Below are positions 1 to 12,005 of a stretch of 64,000 nt of DNA, piece after piece. The notes beneath the pieces are model-generated. The model was not told the origin of the DNA. It saw nothing but the letters and a program-made list of their open reading frames with translations, and did not search any database. The stretch spans positions 78,120,001 to 78,184,000 of the forward strand of contig NC_088800.1 in NCBI RefSeq assembly GCF_011386835.1, written 5' to 3'. The first letter of the stretch is position 1, and each line of letters starts with the position of its first letter. The DNA comes from Chrysemys picta bellii (lineage: Eukaryota). A program made the position numbers and the translations under genes.

Positions 1-562
1 TTTTCCTCAGAATTCCACCTTGTAGTTTACCCTGAAGATCAGTAGATTTGGGGTTTTCAGACCAAGTGGGGGGATCTGTTCTGTAGAGATTTGGCTTAAC
101 ATGGGATTTCTGTCAAGTCAGGAGAAGAGGAAAAGTCAAATGGAACTAAAAATGTCACAGAATGTCATCAACATAATGCTTATGTTTATTTAATCAGTTT
201 AAATGATAATTGTCCTATTTGTTGCATCTTCTCACCTTTGGAAGTACTCCTCTGGGAGAATCGTGGTTGATTGAGCCATCAGGAAGAGCTTTCAGTTCCA
301 GTTTGACACACAAATGAAGGAGGAACTCTGCCCCACCTCCATTTATTTGACTGGACGGACATGCTTTATGATCTCTTTCCAGAGTAGTGGATCCATATTG
401 GGAAAAATGAAAATTACAGGAAAAACCCCCTACATTTGTCCTTCTAATAATTCACATTTAATTAAACAAACTGATGATTTTCTGATGGTTTTTAATAGAG
501 TGAGAAGTAGTTGGTAGTTCTTTATTAAGTAGCTCAATAACTTTGTAGTATTTCATCTAAAT

Positions 563-757
563 CAGTGGGTCTCAAACTTTTTTACTGGTGACCCCTTTCA
601 CATAGCAAGCCTCTGAGTGCGACCCCCCTAATAAATTAAATACACTTTTTAATATATTTAACACCATTATAAATGCGGGAGGCAAGCAAGGTTTGGGGTG
701 AAGGTTGACAGCCCGCGACCCCCTGAGGGGTCCCGACCCACAGTTTGAGAACCCCTG
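563..757. mobile_element. hAT (Charlie/Buster-type) non-autonomous MITE
   Basis: TIRs CAGTGGGTCTCAAACT / AGTTTGAGAACCCCTG; perfect 8-bp TSD ATCTAAAT (555-562, 758-765). Confidence 0.9.
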
Positions 758-1639
758 ATCTAAATGTTCTTATTTTACATCTAGTATTTGTGTTTCAAAA
801 TTCCTAAACTTATCTGCAGTGCCAGATCTTTTATTTTTATGTTTGAAGTAATAATTATACTTTTTGTGCCTCAGGGCCCTTTCTGGATATTGGCATCATT
901 GAGTCTGTGGTGGTGTATATCAAAATGCACCTTTTCTTTTATAAGAAACATATTAAGCTTTTTTATTTTAAGAACAATAATTTCTGACTAATATAACCTG
1001 ATTGAAAATATATCAAGTGCCATTCAGTCTTTACACCTTGTTTTTATTGAATAATGTAATTACAGAAGTTCACTGGAAAATGAAGTTATTTATTTTTATT
1101 GTTTTTATACAGGATTTTATGTCTTTCTTTCCATAGTTGCTCTAATAGAAAATTGAAAGATAAGTGTCTCTTGGGCTTCTTATTGTGGGATTACCTCTTT
1201 AAAATTTAATGATCTAAAAAGTTTATAACCTGTACACACTTGCGTGACCCCAGAGCAATTCTCAACATTCTGTTGATTGTACTGATAATCTTACTAGCTG
1301 TATTGCTCCTGAATTTTTGAGGGGGTGTGATATTTAGAAAGTTAAGGGAAACTCTGAACTGATTAATAATGTCATTATTCAAATATAAGTTTCAGAATAT
1401 GGCATGGATTATTACTGGGTAAATTTAGATGATGAAGAAAGAGAGGGATTTGTAGCACTGGCTAAAATCAGGCATGGTATGCATATACATTATACTCATT
1501 TTGCTGTATAGTTCTTCTAAAATGTTATAGTACCATTGCTGTCACCTCATTTTCAGTCACACCTAAGTAGGATATTGTGTGATTGTATTTAGGATCATGT
1601 CTAAGCAATTGTATCAGATAATGTGGTAGCTTGTGAACA

Positions 1640-1745
1640 AAGGAATAGCATGAGACCACTTACACCCTTTCACTTGTTTTAGGATGGAATTTGAATCCAG
1701 CTTCTTAGAGGTAAAAAGCAAGTGCATGAAATTGTGCTATCTGTG
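1640..1745 (-). mobile_element. Possible ancient tRNA-derived SINE remnant
   Basis: Minus strand reads TAGCACAAT...GCACTTGCTTTTTACCTCT...GGATTCAAATTCC, a degraded A-box/B-box tRNA-like head; highly diverged. Confidence 0.3.
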
Positions 1746-2345
1746 GTAACATCCTTGAGTCCTGAACAAGATGCAGGGCTCCCTAAAACCTTTCAAATGT
1801 ACCAAGAAATGTCTTCTTAATATAATTTAATAAAAAGAAGCTTCCAAAATTCTTCTGTGAAGTGTAGAAATTACCTTTGTATATTTAATCAAATTCATCT
1901 TAAAGTATTGTTTTAAATTACTTTACTGTAGTGTTGTGTACTGAACACCAAACAAAAATACGAGGGGCCTTCAGAGCATAGATTATTATTAAGGAAAATT
2001 CTCTGCATCTACAGCACACTGGTTTGGAATGATTTCAAGGGCCTCTCATTAGTTCCTTTTTCTGTAACATCTTGTGTCCCATTGTTGTTTTGCCTGCCAC
2101 AGTAACACACTAAACAATCAGCTCTTAGGGAGGAACTTTCTTCAAAATTTAACCAGAAAATAACTGGCTAAAGGAACAGTAAATATGCTTTTATTAATAT
2201 GCCCAGCTTGTGATTAGAGCGCCACTGACAAGTCTGGCAGATAATTCTAAAACCTTCTTATTTGATCTTGGCTCTAGAGGTACAGCTCCACAAACTGGTG
2301 GTTTGACACATTCTGGCCTAGCCATCAAAAGGTCTTTTATTCTCA

Positions 2346-3390
2346 AAAGCTGGCTAGATCGTCGGGCTCCATGGGTAGTGATCAATGGCTCCATGTCTAG
2401 TTGACAGCCAGTATCAAGAGGAGTGCCCCAAGGGTTGGTCCTGGGGCTGGTTTTGTTCACTATCTTTATTAATGATCTGGAGGATGATGTAGATTGCACC
2501 CTCAGCAAGTTTGCAGATGACACTAAACTGGGAGGCGTGGTAGATACACTGGAGGGTAGGGATAGGATACAGAGGGACCTAGACGAATTGGAGGATTGGG
2601 CCAAAAGAAATCTGATGAGGTTCAACAAGGATAAGTGCAGAGTCCTGCATTTAGGAGGGAAGAATCTCATGCACTGCTACAGACTAGGGACCGAGTGGCT
2701 AGGCAGCAGTTCTGCAGAAAAGGACCTAGGGGTTACAGTGGACGAGAAGCTGGATGTGAATCGACAGTGTGCCCTTGTTGCCAAGAAGGCTAACGGCATT
2801 TTGAGCTGTATAAGTAGGAGCATTGCCAGCAGATCGAGGGACGCGATCATTCCCCTCTATTCGGCATTGGTGAGGCCTCATCTGGAGTACCGTGTCCAGT
2901 TTTGGGCCCCACACTACAAGAAGGATGTGGAAAAATTGGAAAGAGTCCAGCGGAGGGCACCAAAAATGATTAGGGGTCTGGAGCACATGACTTATGAGGA
3001 GAGGCTGAGGGAACTGGGATTGTTTAGTTTGCAGAAGAGAAGAATGAGGGGGGATTTGATAGCTGCTTTCAACTACCTGAAAGGGGGTTCCAAAGAGGAT
3101 GGATCTAGACTGTTCTCAGTGATACTAGATGATAGAACAAGGAGTTGAAATGTTGAAATGGGGGAGGTTTAGGTTGGATATTAGGAAAAACGTTTTCACT
3201 AGGAGGGGGGTGAAGCACTGGATTGGGTTACCTAGGGAGGTGGTGGAATCTCCATCGTTAGAGGTTTTTAAGGTCAGGCTTGACAAAACCTTGGCTCAGA
3301 TGATTTAGTTGGGATTAGGTCCTGCTTTGAGCAGGGGGTTGGACTGGATGACCCCCTGAGGTCCCTTCCCACGCTATGATTATATGATTC
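2346..3390 (+). mobile_element. CR1 LINE, 5'-truncated 3' fragment (RT C-terminal half plus 3' UTR)
   Basis: ORF 2423-3148 has CR1 RT motifs ([27 protein letters not shown]); ends in CR1 tail GAGGTCCCTTCC..CTATGATT.TATGATTC; premature stop near 3146. Confidence 0.95.
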
Positions 3391-3538
3391 AAAATGTAAG
3401 ACTTCCCATTTTGAGCCTACTGAGTCATTTGTGTGCCTCGTAATACATAACTCCTCTGTAGCAATCTACAGAGTTTTTTGCAGGGCTGAACTCCTGCAGC
3501 TCCATTGATGGCCTACCAATCCACTGCAAATATATCTT

Positions 3539-3736
3539 GGGCCCTGTCTATGCTACAGGGGAAATTCGATCTAAGCTATGCAATTTGAGTACTCAAATCG
3601 ACGTAGCTTTGACCTATTTACTGCGTGGTGCACACTACACGATGTTGATGGGAGACGCTCTTCACTAGACCCACTAAATCAACTGCAGATGCATCAATCG
3701 TCACTCATCGATCCCCTGGTAAGTGTAGACAAGCCC
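3539..3736. mobile_element. PIF/Harbinger-type MITE (degraded)
   Basis: Ends GGGCCCTGTCTA... / ...GTGTAGACAAGCCC, the same TIR type as other Harbinger MITEs in the window; TSD not clean. Confidence 0.75.
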
Positions 3737-4034
3737 TGGTGTATGTGGAGGTAGTGCAGGCTAATAATTCTGTAAGGGAGAATGTTAAACTCTGTTATTT
3801 AGTGGAGGGATAAAATGAAAATTGTGAAGCCAATTACATCCATGAGTTATCATCAGTGAATTTAAGGTGTGGAACTTAACACTGGATTTAGAAAAAAAGA
3901 GGATCCTTTTATAAAGAAAACAAAAAAGTTTAGAGTCACTTTTGTGCTGATAGTTCCTGTTTTATTGTCCCTATTTGAGATATATAGCACATAACCCTTC
4001 TGTCATGTAATTAATATAAAACCTAATATATATG

Positions 4035-4157
4035 CATCCGATGAAGTGGGTATTCATCCACGAAAGCTCATGCTCCAATACGTCTGTTAGTCTATAAGGT
4101 GCCACAGGACTCTTTGCTGCTTTTACAGATCCAGACTAACACAGCTACCCCTTTGAT
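4035..4157 (+). mobile_element. Penelope 3' end (pLTR) only insertion
   Basis: Homologous to the 15715-15845 end of the large Penelope; flanked by 14-bp direct repeat ACCTAATATATATG (4021-4034, 4158-4171). Confidence 0.9.
4038..4075 (+). ncRNA. Hammerhead-ribozyme-like motif in Penelope pLTR
   Basis: CCGATGA-A-[GTGGG TATTCA TCCAC stem II]-GAAA-GC TCAT GC-TC; PLE pLTRs are known to carry minimal hammerheads; helix I not evident. Confidence 0.55.
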
Positions 4158-5475
4158 ACCTAATATATATGAAATTCTTCTTTAAAAGGGCAGTTTTGCT
4201 GTGCTTTTTATGTGGAGGGAAAAAGAAACAAAGCCTTGTAATGGTCTATGGCAACTGTTGCTAGGTGCATTTGGAGACTTTATGTGAAACAGACCTACAG
4301 TATATATGTAATGTACATTTATAATGGCAAATACTGTTTTCTTCTGAAGATTACTCTCAAAATTGCCTACAAGTAACAAAAACAGCACTTCCTTGGAATC
4401 GTGTTCTGGGATTAACAGAAAAACACTATGTCTTGTGGGATTGTGGAAGTCAAAATTCACCTAATAACTCACAAAGTAGCAGAGCAATAATGTCAAACCA
4501 TTAAGTGCATGGGTTCTGGGCCTCTTTTAGTCTGCAACTCCAGATCTACCTATGTTCTCCCCCCTCACACACTGCCCATCTTTCACTCTTATCTAGGAAT
4601 TTTTTGTATATTTTCAACCTAAGACCAAAAATGCTGTGGTACATCATAATTTATAAAAATAAATTCAGATTTTGGCAATATATACATTGAATGAAATTGC
4701 CCAATTTCACATTAAAATATATAATGTATACATAGATGTCGTAAACTACACATTCCCCAATGTTTTATTACTAATACTTCAGGATGTCATGTATAGCCCT
4801 AAAAGTGGTATACAATTCAAAATTATTAATATATTGTATATAGACCCTGATACTGCTGTCTGGATTTATGTGGGTGGACCATTGTGCCCATGTGGAGCCT
4901 AGTAATTTAGATATGATTCTGTTCAATAATTCAAAACAGTAAAACAAAATATTCTCAAAATATATCCAGCTCTGTGTGTGCATGTGCATAATATGAAAAA
5001 TAGGGAAACAATTTCTTTTGAAATATATGTTAAAGACAAACAATATATTTATAAAACACTCCTCTTGAATGTGAGTTATACCATAACTGATTATTCGCTG
5101 TTTTTTCAGAAGTAGTTACACTGGAATAACTAGAAATGTGTAGAAGAAAAGAAAACGGGCCTAATTCTTGGGGCTGGCCAAGCTATGCTAGGTACACTAT
5201 TTTGGTGGGAAGGGGAAGCAATCATCTGATTCAGTCCATAAATTAGAGTAGCCTAAGTTTATATTCTGAAGATTATTTTTGTAGCTAGGAGTCTAGAAAC
5301 ATTTATTTTTAAATGAAAGCTTTAGAATCTATAGAATATACCTCAACTCTCAAAAGACAACTTTGGATTCACCAGGGGGTTGAGTCACTGGTTGGGGCCT
5401 GAAAATATTTTCTAGCAGCTGTAGTGCTTACTACTGTGAATAATCCTATCTATAGCAACATCAGGTGAGAGTATC

Positions 5476-6207
5476 TGTAACAGCATAGCACCGACCTCTC
5501 ATGAGCACCTCTTCTGGTCAGGTGTGTCTGCAGTCTTTAAACAGTCCTGGCCCTGGTATCAGGCCGTACCCCCACAGCTTCCTCTCTGGAGGTAACGGTT
5601 TTGCCCTCTTGGTCTGTTCTGGCTCCAGGTGGGCCTCTTAACAGTTCAGTTCCCCTTCCAGGGTGTTCAATTATAGGCCACTTCCCCCATGGCCTATGGG
5701 GGGACCTGGGCCCACCCCCTACTCCAGGTCCCAGCCCAGGGACCCTAAGAATAGAGTCCATATACCACCATGTCCCTTTAACAAAACTGCTTTCAGTTCC
5801 CTGAGCCACTTCCCCACATCCCCAGCCTTCACCGATGCTTCACCCTTAGCTCAGGGCTTTTCTGTGTTCAGGCCCAACAGCCAGCCAGGAGCTCTTTCTC
5901 ATTCCCCCAGTCCCTGCCAGCACTGAGCTTTCCAAGATGTTGCCATTCCTTTTGGCCAGCTCAGAGCACAGACTGCTCCCCTCTAGCTCCAGCAAGGAAC
6001 TACCTGTCTCTGGTTCTGAAACTCTTTTTATAAGGCCCTCCTGGGCCCTGATTGGCTGCTCTCTGCAGCCTCTCTGATTGGCTAGCCCTTTGCAGCCTCT
6101 CTAGATTGCTTGGAACACTTAGCTCCACCGCTCCTTTCCTGGGATGGGTGTGGCAGGACCCTGTTGCCTCCAGCAGGGGGCTTCTGGACCTAGTCCACCC
6201 CATCATA
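5476..6207 (-). mobile_element. Solo LTR (Gypsy/ERV-like)
   Basis: TGT start, CATCATA end (decayed ..CA), near-perfect 5-bp TSD GTATC/GCATC; tandem CCAAT boxes and TATA (GCCTTATAAAA) on the minus strand. Confidence 0.8.
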
Positions 6208-7022
6208 GCATCTTAAACAGTTTTCTGGAAATATCTGGTTAGTTTTCTAAAAATAATACTGATAGGGGTTAATCAACTTGTCATGATGGAATAATTTTCT
6301 TCCTTATAAAAATGAACAAAAATGAGACACTAAATAACACAACTAAGATGCACTCCATGTGGAGACATAGCTGCAGTCACTATAGAGAATGTTTTTTTAC
6401 AGATAAGCTATGTGCTTAAGAAATTAAATGTTATGCTAAAACTTTGGAAAACAGATCGCAATGTACAGTGCTGCATTCAAAGAGAAGACACAAACAACGT
6501 TAGCTGCACTGTATAGGTCTGTTTGCTAAAACTCTTACAGCTATTGTGTAGTATATGCAGAGCTGATAAACTGTATATCAAACACCCTTGAATTTTGACA
6601 CAAACATTAATTTATTTCTTTTAGTGAAAACAGTTCAACTAGTGTTTTAATTTAGAAATTTACATTTCCTTTCCCCCCTCTTGCATTAAGATGGTCTTCT
6701 GTTATCTACTTGCTATACATATTGTCTGTCCTCTTACTTTATGATGTCCAAACCATGAAGCTTTGATGCAGTTATATAGGGTTGTCACTTTTATGTTCAG
6801 CAGCATGTATTTTCAGTAGTAAAAGTCTTCTTTGCACTAATGTGGACACTAGTACAGTACATTGAAAATGACAAACTAGAACTTTTAAAAGAATAGTTTA
6901 ATGCTGTATTGCCTCAGGTATATATGACAGGTCATATTAGAGAATGATACTGATACAAACAAGAGTTATGGAAGCTTCAAGGTGCATGAATTTGTTCTTG
7001 TAATAAGCCATGTCCTTTTATG

Positions 7023-8133
7023 GTTGAAGCTGGAGAGACTTTATCCTCAGGTCCGTGCGTTGATCCCCCCCATAGGACTTAAACCTGGTTCTGTCGAGAC
7101 TCATGGGTCCTCCCTTTGAACCACTAGCATCGTGCCCCCTTTTGTTTCTCTGTTGGAAGGTCGCCTTCTTGGTGTCAATCAGCTCAGACAGAAGGGTCTC
7201 TGAAATTAAGGCTCTTACGTCGGAACTGCCTTACATGGTGTTCTTCAAGGACAAGGTCCAACTGTGCCTCTGCCCGGCCTTCCTGCCAAAGGTTGTGTCA
7301 CAATTCCATAGCAACCAGTCATGTTTCTGAAGCCTCACAAGAACTCTGAGAAACAGAGTCTTCATTCATTGGATGTTAGGTGTGTCCTCACCTTCTATAT
7401 TGAGAGGACTAAACCCTTCCGCAAATCCACACAACTTTTCGTAACAATAGCAGAAAGGATGAGAGGGCTACCTGTGTTAGCCCAGAGGATCTCGTCCTGG
7501 AGAACTTCTTGTATTCAGGTTTGCTACAAGCAGGTGAATGTCCCGCCACCAGCCATCTTAACCGTTCACAAGAGCCCAGGCTTCATCATCAGTGTTCCTC
7601 ACACAGGTTCCAATCCAGGACATCTGCGGGGCTGCAACCTGATTATCGGTGTATATACCTTTGCATCTCACTACACTATCACCCAACAGGTCTGAGATGA
7701 CACCAAATTTGGGAGAGTGGTGTTACAGTCAGCATGTCCATGAACTCCAAGCCCACTTTCTGGTGTACTGCTTGTGAGTCACCTCACATGGAATGGACAT
7801 GAGCAAGCACTCAAAGAAGAAAAACAGTTACTACCTTTCATAACTGTTGTTCTTCAAGATGTGTTGCTCATGTCCATTTCATGACCCACCCTCCTACCCC
7901 TCTCTTGGAGTTAACTGGCAAGAAGGAACTGAGAGGTTGCATGGCCAGCGGCACCCCTTATACCTGTGCATAAGTGCGTGGCACCAGAGGGTGATAAAGC
8001 CAACCTGACAGATACCACTGAGGGAAAAATCTCTGGCAGTGGTGCATGCAGTGCACATGCACCTAACATGGAATGGATATGAGCAATACATCTTGAAGAA
8101 CAATAGTTACAAAAGGTTAGTAACCATTTTCTT
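7023..8133 (+). mobile_element. DIRS retrotransposon 3' fragment: tyrosine recombinase pseudogene, ICR and right terminal repeat
   Basis: Translation WKVAFLVSISSDRRVSEIKAL..PY.VF.KDKVQL..PAFLPKVVSQFH matches DIRS YR; repeats 7787-7831 and 8067-8110 with an inverted copy at 7841-7883. Confidence 0.9.
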
Positions 8134-10769
8134 TTCATCTGCAACTAGCAAGTGGAGTCAGGAAAATAAATCAGCAATTTCAAAAGATGTGGAGACACAA
8201 ATACTGAAACAATTACCATCATTTAGACTGAAGAAGCAAACACAGCCATTTTGTTGATAATACTGACATTTGAGCTCAATTTAACATTCTCTCTTGTCCT
8301 CACTTGAAGGAAGACAAAATTCCATGCTAAACCACACCTGTATAGAATACTAGATATGCATAGGGAGGGTCAGTTAAGAGCAATAGATTCATATTAGGAG
8401 AATTAAAAATTAAAGGTAAGAAAGCTACTCTTGCCATTGTTCTGAAATGGATGCACAGATCAGGACAAAAGCCATAACTCATGGGAAGTAGCCCGAGGAC
8501 ATGCAGATCTGGACTGTTAGCCCCCACACAAGTGCAGTTGTAGGCATTTCCAACATGTTCCTCCATGTCCTCTGGAAATTGTATAATAACCAGGTAGAGA
8601 GCTATCAGTCCAACACAGAGAGCACTTAAAGTGCTAAGGCCCACCTGACGCCTTTGGGACATACGTAAATTATTATAGTAGCTGTCTGCCTGGGTCCTTA
8701 TTAAGAGTTTTCCACCCTTTAACTGAAATTGCTTACAGACTTTGTAGGTTCAAGCAGGTTTTGGTGAAGAAGTAGACTGCCAGTGTTGGTTCAAAAATGC
8801 TCTACTACTGATGTAAAACTGTTGCCAACCAAGTACAAGGACATCTTGGATAGAAACATGACTCTGATCTTGAGAAGACAAATTCAGGTCCTAAAACTGT
8901 TTTACTGAACCCTCTTGATATGTCCACAATCTGTTGGGCAGCAACGCAGGGCATAGCTAAGCTTCTGGATACACGAGCAAAGAAGGAGTTGCTGAACAAT
9001 ATTGGTGGGGAGGTAAGAGGAGAAAACCTCTGATGCTAAGAGAATATGTCCTAAGTGCTCTATTCCATTTTAAAAGAAGAATATTTTCTGAGCTGGAAAG
9101 CATAAGCAGGAGCCATTTGTTGTTGCTGTTGGTCTGCACAACTGCTTCAATCACTAGCAACAGCTGTGGATTTCCAGATGGGCGTGGGCCAAGCTAGAAG
9201 AGGAAGAAAATAAGCAGGAATAAATAAAGGGAAACTTGTTTGGCAGGGTAAAAATTCCCTTACAAAAGACTGTCCCACAGGTAGCAGAAGAGGAGACATT
9301 TGACCCCCTCCACAGAGGCAGACACACTGATGAGGACACAATTAGTTCAGCAAATATACTATCAGGAGGAACTTTTAACCTCCAAAAAGGAATTATGCTT
9401 CAATTTTGCAAATATTCATAAGTTATAGCTCCTGTCCAGAAAAATGGATCTGTTACAGGAGAAAGTTGTTTCCTGGACCCTTCTGTGGTTCAGTAATTAT
9501 GTCTAGTAAACCTAATAATAAACTTCCTTGAACTTCTCAAGCTGAAGTACAGCTGTGCAAGTCCTCTTGCTAGGGAAAGGTTATAGCACTGGATTGACCT
9601 GTCAAGTAGAAGAGCAAAATCCATAAATTCAAGTTACTGTAAGAAAATTGCGGAAATCTGATTTACAGGTAGGATTTTTTTTTCTTAATAAAAAAAAAAA
9701 AAGCCCTAACCATATTGTGTGTGGGGAGCAAGTGACATTTTAAAAAAGGTTCTCTTTAATCATTTTTTTTTTTTTGGCTAAAAATATCACATGTGGCTTT
9801 TCTAAACCTTGCTCAGCAATCTCCATTCATGTTTGATAACTAGTGGTGTGAGCTCATAAACTCTGCTGCTGGCAAGGAAGCTTCTCATTAATCCAATAGG
9901 TATTTTTATTAAGCAAATGAGAACCTTATGAACTGTTTTTCATTTGGTGATGAAGCTTTTCCCTCCAGCAAGTTCTGAGGTGTATTTCTTATACTGAGTT
10001 TGCTGCATATGTGTTTTTAAATACTAAGCCTTTGGTCGACGCAAGTTACGTGGGTGTACAGCTGCCAAAATTAGTGTATTGCCTACCTCTTGCTCCCCTG
10101 GCTCATGAAGCCATATACTGTCTGCCTTGATAGCACCAAGGAAAGATTCAACTACCAGGTAAGCAGGTGAAGAATGACTATTAACGGTGCTTTTGTTAGA
10201 TTGAAGGGACACTGGTGATGTATAGTCACTGGATTAGATCTCAGAGAGAAAGAAATATCTCAATGGTTACAGCTACCTGTTGTGTGCTGCATGATATATG
10301 TGAGGCAAAGGGAGAAAAGTTGCGACTAGGGTGGAGGACGTAAGTGGAACAGCTGTCTGCTGAAATTCCAACATGGAGCTTTCAAGCTACAGGAAGTCTT
10401 GAAAGACCACTTTTATGGTCAGCTTGTGCTTGTCTGCACTCTGGTCCTGAAGGTTTGTGGGCTGTTAGGAATTATGTAGTGCTTGGTGTATGTTTATGCA
10501 TATAACACTGTCTTATAATGAACCTATGAACTATTCTATTTTGCTATACATTTATAACTATTGCACTCATTCACTGAAACTATGAATTATGTGGTGCTTA
10601 CTGTACATTTACACATATGACAGTATTTTCTTGAACCTATGAGTTCTGTGGTGCTGTACACATAGAAATACTGGATGCTTTGAGAACTGCTATACATTCT
10701 GCAGTATGTGTGGTGAACTAAGAAAGATGAATTTATTTTCAAAAATTGAATTTTATTGACTGTCAAAAG

Positions 10770-12005
10770 CAGTGAAAAAAACAATGTACAAATAAAATAG
10801 GACAATGCAATACAAACTTCCAATTTAAATGAACTGAACATTCTGCGGGTGTGGCGGGGACACCCCTCAAGCTCACAATGGTAGCAACTACAAATAAAAC
10901 TGACAGATGTATCATTGTATTTACAGTCATAACGGAACGTGAAAAATAAGTATCAAAACTCCCTTCCCCCATTCCCACTACATTTTTAAATAAACCTCTG
11001 CACAGCACCACTGTGCTGTGAAGGGATTGGGGCGGGGAAAGGGGGCGGAGAGAGAGAAGAAGGGCATTAAAATTTGTAGTTGCATGAAATAATTTCGTCC
11101 CTATTTTCATGGGTACAAGTATACAGCAATGGCACTGGAAAAAATGGCACTATTTTCCACAGGTGGTGGTGATTTTAGCTGATATCTCACTCCTGAGGAT
11201 CACAAAGAATGCAGCTGCTGCTGGCCTCCTGAAGCCACCCAGGCTGTTATGCCACTAGCCTGTTTACTGCAATGGTGCCAGCTGAAGTTATCACAAATTG
11301 GCATGAGACAGTGCCCTGCTGCAGAGGAAGAAGTAAGGTGGTAATCCCTAGACACCTTTGGGAGAGAATTGCAGAATACCTCTGTGAAAGTTCATCGAGA
11401 TCTCTCAGGAAGATACAAGGGACATCCCTATGTACATCAACAAACTGTTCCGCATGCCCCTTCTCCTCCCCCACCCCCATAGGGGAATGAAAAGCAAATA
11501 ACAACTCTACCTGTTTTTGTAGCGCTACCTCTTCTCATACAAATAAAAGAATGAAAAGTTGATACATGTGTCTTTGGTGACTTGGAATGGGCCCGGTGCT
11601 GTCTTTACATTTAAACATTGCAAGGGAAAGATTCATGCACACACCTGAGGTTCCCTCCCCTGTGTCGTGCTTGGCTGATGGGGCTGGTTAGACTGCAGAG
11701 GAGTCTCGAGCAGGTCCTAGCTTGTGACATAGCTGGATTCTCCTTCCCCCACATTGCCACGTTTTCCTGCTCCTGCTCCACCTTTTCCTCGTCTTTATTC
11801 ATGGCAGGGTTCTGTGTCTTGGGCTCCACTCAGGTATCCACAGTGGTCTGTGGGGTGCTATTGGTATCTCTGCTGAGTATGGTTTGCAGGTCATCGTAAA
11901 AACAGCAGGTTTGAAGCTCAGCACTTCAAGATCAACCTGTTGGCCTCCCTGGCCTTGTGGTATGCCTACTGTAGTTCCTTCACTTTCATGTGGCATTGCT
12001 GCTCA
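10770..12005 (-). mobile_element. Decayed Harbinger transposon fragment with Myb/SANT (trihelix) ORF
   Basis: Minus strand QQCHMKVKELQ*AYHKAREAN...AELQTCCFYDDLQTIL, the Harbinger Myb/SANT signature, with stops and a frameshift; boundaries approximate. Confidence 0.8.

Noticed and set aside
2194-2986. Minus-strand ORFs of 158 and 86 aa
   Set aside because: Antisense shadows of the CR1 RT frame.
8327-8662. 111-aa minus-strand ORF with an N-terminal hydrophobic stretch resembling a type II membrane protein
   Set aside because: No recognisable family and no splice continuation; probably the antisense of an A-rich fossil sequence, which yields hydrophobic codons.
8580-8880. LINE RT-like words RAIS, QAGF, DLEK
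   Set aside because: Spacing between the first two is inconsistent with RT domains; treated as chance or an alternative to the hAT hypothesis.
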